A stretch of 64,000 nucleotides of DNA, taken from NCBI RefSeq assembly GCF_009914755.1, contig NC_060944.1. One strand, given 5' to 3'. Shown piece after piece: positions 59,803 through 64,000 of the stretch. The notes beneath the pieces were generated by a model. That model searched no databases and was not told the origin of the DNA. It saw only the letters and a list, made by a program, of their open reading frames with translations. Origin of the DNA: the human T2T-CHM13v2.0 reference genome, Homo sapiens. A program made the position numbers and the translations under genes. Every line of letters starts with the position of its first letter. Within the stretch, counting starts at the first letter, position 1.

Positions 59803-60257
59803 TTGTCAAATTTCACTCCATTTATTTTGAAGCTCTGTTATTAGGCACTTACACATTTATGATTGTCGTATCTTTCTATTGAAGTCATCCTTCTATCATT
59901 TTGAAATGTGCCTCTTTTTTTAACTTGAAATCTATTTTATCTCATGTTAGTATAGTCAGTCCTGCCTTCTTATGCTTATTGTTTGCATCATGTATATGTT
60001 TTTTCCATCCTTTTATGCTCAACCTATTTGTGTCTTTATTTGTAAAGTGCATCTCTTATAGATAGGGCATCTTGGTTCTTGGTTTCTTATCTGAAAATCT
60101 CTGCCTTTTAATTAGAGCATTTACTTCATTACCATTTAATGTAATTAGTCATATGATTTGGTTTCAGCCTGCCATATTATTGTTTGTTTTCAATTAATCT
60201 CCTCTCAATTTTTGTTATTCTATTACCTTCCCTCGACTTTATAAAAGTATCAATTAA

Positions 60258-60570
60258 TGTATTAGTTTGCTAGGACTGCCATAACAAACGATCATGGACT
60301 GAGGTGGCTTAAACAGTGAAAGTTTATTTTCTCATAATTCTGGAGGCTAGAAGTACAAGATCAAGGTGTCAGCAAGGCTGTTTTTTTCTGAGGCATCTCT
60401 CTTTGGATGGCCGTCTTCTCCCTGTGTCTTTACATGCTCTTTCTTCTGTACCCATCTGTGTCCAAATTTCATTTTCTTATAAGGACACAAGTCATATCGT
60501 GAGGTACTGGAGTTTAGGACTTCAACAAATGAATTTTGAAGGAGGGGGTGGGATAATCCAGCCCAAAACT
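60258..60570 (-). mobile_element. MLT1B-like LTR with internal deletion
   Basis: TGTATTAGTTTGCTAGGACTGCCATAACAAA..TTCTGGAGGCTAGAAGT..CTTATAAGGACAC. Confidence 0.8.
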
Positions 60571-61859
60571 ATTGGTTTTATAATTGCATTTTAATTTTGC
60601 TATTAACTTTTAGCTATACTTCTTTGCATTTTTTTAGTGGTTGCTTTAGGAATTACAATATATATATCCCTAGCTTTCCATAGTCCACTTACAATTAGTC
60701 TTGTACTACTTCACATAAAATGTTGAAATATCATGTAAAATGTAGAAATACTGTATAGGTCCACACTCTCCCATATTTTATGTTATAATTGTTATACGTT
60801 TTCAGTCAACATACATTATAAACCGAAGAGTTACAATTTTTTTAAACAGTCATATGTATTTTTTTAAAAAAAAAAAAAGGGAAAAAGCAAAAACATAGTC
60901 TTTCTTATTTATCCAGCTATTTAACATCTGCAGTGATTTTCATTCTTTTCTGAGGCATTAAGTTTTCATTTAGTGTCATTTCTCTTTAGCTTCCTTTAGT
61001 ATTTCTTATAGCACAGGTCTGCTAAAACAAATTCTCTTCACTTTCTTTTATCTGATAATATCCTTCTCCCTTGAAGAATATTTTCATTGGATATAGAATT
61101 CTGGGTTGACAGGATTTTTTTCTTTCAACATTTTAAAGATGTTCCGCTTTCTTCTGTCCTCTGTAGTTTCTCATGAGGTATCAGCCGTTAATCAAATTAT
61201 TGTTCCCTTATACATAATATGTTGTTTTTTTCTTGTTGTTTTCAAGATGTTTTCTTGAGTCCAACTTCAGCATGACCTTTGCCATCTTTACTCTTCTTGG
61301 TGTTCATGGAGCATCCTGCGTCTGTGAATTTGTGTCTTTCATAAAATTTGAGACATGTTCAGCTATTATTTCTTCAAAGTTTGTTTTTGCCTCATTTTTG
61401 CTCTCCTCTTATTCTGCCCATTTCTCCCACAAGATCGACTTCAAAGTGTCTTTTGAATTACTTGCAAGGGGAGGGCTAGGGAAGGCTTATCAAAGCCCAG
61501 ATTCTTGGGCTCTACCTCAGACTTATTGACTCAATGTCTGGAACTGAGACTCAGGACTCTGTGCTGTAGTAAGTTCCCCAGGTGACTTTTATGCACCACA
61601 AGTTTGAGAGCTCCTGCACAGGACTTTATGGGCTTCAAGAGCAGGACCATATCTTATTTATCTGTTGGATGCTCCTAAATTGCTCTGTAGTACCTCACTC
61701 CATGTCTTATACGTGGAAGGTACTCAATATGCATGTCGATATGCATGTGATATTTGCATTAATGCATAGGATTGTTTATCCTCCCTACTTCAAAAGGCAA
61801 CTCTTATGCGAGTCTTTACCTCATCAACAGGTCTTAAAGTTGAGGTGGTTGTAGTTCAC

Positions 61860-63280
61860 ATTCAAGTTAATTAGGACTCCTCTGGTTTCTTATTATGGAA
61901 ATACAACTCAATGACTTAAACAAAACTAAGAAAATGTGTTGACCCATGCAACTGAAAAGTCCAATGATTGTACCAGCCTGGGTCACAGCTGAATCCAGGG
62001 CACCAACACAACATCCTAGTACCATCTCTCACCATCTCTAAGCTCTACTTTCCTTTAGGTTGGTTTTATTGTCAGGCAGGCATCTTCCCACTTTGAGATA
62101 AACACTGTTGTCAACAGTTCTGAGCTCACATGGTTCTTACACTTGTGTTCTCAAAGTAAATAGAGCAACACCTCCTGGGCAGCTCTACCCAAAGCCCCAG
62201 AAAGGACTCTTATTGGCCTGGCTTTAGTCATGTGTCTATTCTTCAACCAATCACTATAACCAGGGAGATGACTTGCTCTGATTAGTCATCTGGAGTCACG
62301 TGGTCACCCCTGAGGTAGGAGAGGCAGGGCCATGAAATTGACAGCCCCTATGGATAAGGAAGGAAGAATTCCAAGCACACAAAGCAACAGATGACTTCTA
62401 CCACAATCTTCAACATAATGGATGTAAACTCCTGTTCATGCCTTTCAACAGAGAAACTTTAGAACCATGTTTGTGAAATGGACCCTTTTTTCTCCAGGGA
62501 GGTTAGAGCAAATTCCATAAAGCCAGTCATTCCCAATCTTGGCTATAAATCAAAATCCCCTTGGCATGCTTCCTAAAAATACAGATGCCTGGACCCGTCC
62601 TCAGACCTAAAGAAGCAGAATCTGAGTGGTTGTGATTAGGGAGGGTATATAAAATTTTAGGTGTAGAATGGTAATAATTTTGCCCAGGCAGCCTATATGC
62701 CCCCTTTCCATTTCCCACTTTTCCTTCTGAAACTCCTTTCACCAGGTTTCAATCCATGTGGTTGGGGGATAATACTGTCCCCCTACCAAGAATGAGCACA
62801 TAACCCAGACCTGATTGATCAGAGAATTTGATCCCTCTGTCCATAGCAATTGGTTCAGGGATAGGCATTCAGTGCAACCTGAGCCAGTGAGACCGAAACC
62901 CAGCATTTTGTTGGAAATTTTGGGAAACAGAAGCCCTCTTTTTTGTTGGAAGCACTAGCCATGAGGGTAACATGAGCCTACAGTGGCCCAGGGGCCACCA
63001 CATGGCGAGGTCCCCCCTAAGAGTAAAGCTCAGTAGGCAAAGTAGAGCCCAAGGGGAAAGAGATGATTCCAGAGATTCTTGAGGAAGAAGCCCAAGAACG
63101 GGCCATCAGACAGAAGACCCAGAAAGCAGACAGGACCACAGAGAAAGCAAGCCAGAGTCCTGAAAACATCCTCCATGGCCTGACTCTCCTCTGGCCTTAC
63201 AGTTAGTTAGGAGACCCTCTAACCTCCCTCGAGAGAAAAGTCAGTTCGAGTTGTGTTTTTCTATTCCTTACAAAGGAGGT
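61860..63280. mobile_element. MLT1 LTR remnants (antisense ~61860-62400, sense ~62700-63280) with a MER5A-like piece between
   Basis: CATGCAACTGAAAAGTCC..GCTGAATCCAGGG; CATAGCAATTGGTTCAGGGATAGGCA. Confidence 0.55.
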
Positions 63281-63769
63281 GAGGCTTCCTAAGTCTTTCA
63301 TGTGGTTGAACATGTTCCAAAGTTTATTCATTCATTCAACAACAGTTAATTGAGTGTCTACTATGTGCTCAGCACTATCCTACACACTGAGGATACAGCA
63401 ATAAATAAAACACACAAACTCCCTGTTCTCTTCATAGCCCAAGTTTCTTTTAAAAAGCAATCATGTTCTCTCATTTTTAAAAGTATCACCTTTACTTTGA
63501 AGGCCCTGAGTAAGTATGTGGCTGACCAAGCCCTTGCAATTAGAGGAACATTAATGGCGCCTTCTTCCTGACCTGTGCATTCTTCCTCCCAAGGAATCTC
63601 TTTGTCCACTTGTCCATTTCCATTTGGCAAGGCCTTTCCCTTGAGGGAGATGAGAGCCATGGCCAGATTCTGAGTAGAGGAGGGATGTGGAATTGGACCT
63701 TGGACAAGTCACTTCAGCTCTATGAGCCTCATTTACCTCATCTATGAAATAGGGGTGAATCCTGGTAGG

Positions 63770-64000
63770 CAAACACCACAGTAATAATTGCTGCAGGCAA
63801 GATCCACCCGTGAATGCTGAGATTAGTGGGTGAAAGTTTGTGGATTAACAGGAAATTCATGTAGTCTCAAAGTATCACCTCCAAGATATTTATTCATTAC
63901 AAAAGACAACCAAGTAACTTTACGCAAGAGACACCCAGTAGATGCCACCTTAACCAAGTGATCAAGGTTAACACTACCAGTAATAAGAAATATTGGCATC
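63770..64000 (+). mobile_element. L1MC/MD 3' region running off the window end
   Basis: CCACCTTAACCAAGTGATCAAGGTTAACACTACCAGTAAT. Confidence 0.65.

Overview
Primate (almost certainly human) intergenic, repeat-rich DNA. I can support no intact protein-coding gene: the ORF track is Alu-, L1- or LTR-derived, GC-rich chance ORFs, or pseudogene remnants. Recognisable non-repeat content is (i) an apparently orphan CpG island at ~3180-3900 with several CTCF-like motifs and six E-boxes, (ii) a 3'-truncated 7SK retrocopy (51427-51666, +) and (iii) a processed RPL13 pseudogene (55662-56257, -). Both retrocopies sit in the same old antisense L1 block and both lack a poly(A) tail. From memory, this pairing suggests 20q13.12 between SLC2A10 and EYA2 (RN7SKP33/RPL13P14); this is unverified. 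The rest is ~31 Alu pieces, L1PA/L1M, L2, MIR, MaLR/ERVL LTRs and DNA transposons (two MADE1, MER58, MER63, MER53, MER44, Charlie-like); repeat subfamily names and many boundaries are by eye and approximate. I found no convincing new biological system. The most unusual structures directly visible are an Alu with a twin-priming-type 5' inversion and intact TSD (11677-12176), a ~55-bp-stem hairpin made by inverted duplication inside an L1 (58049-58165), and an AT-rich palindrome with perfect 32-bp arms (27148-27276).
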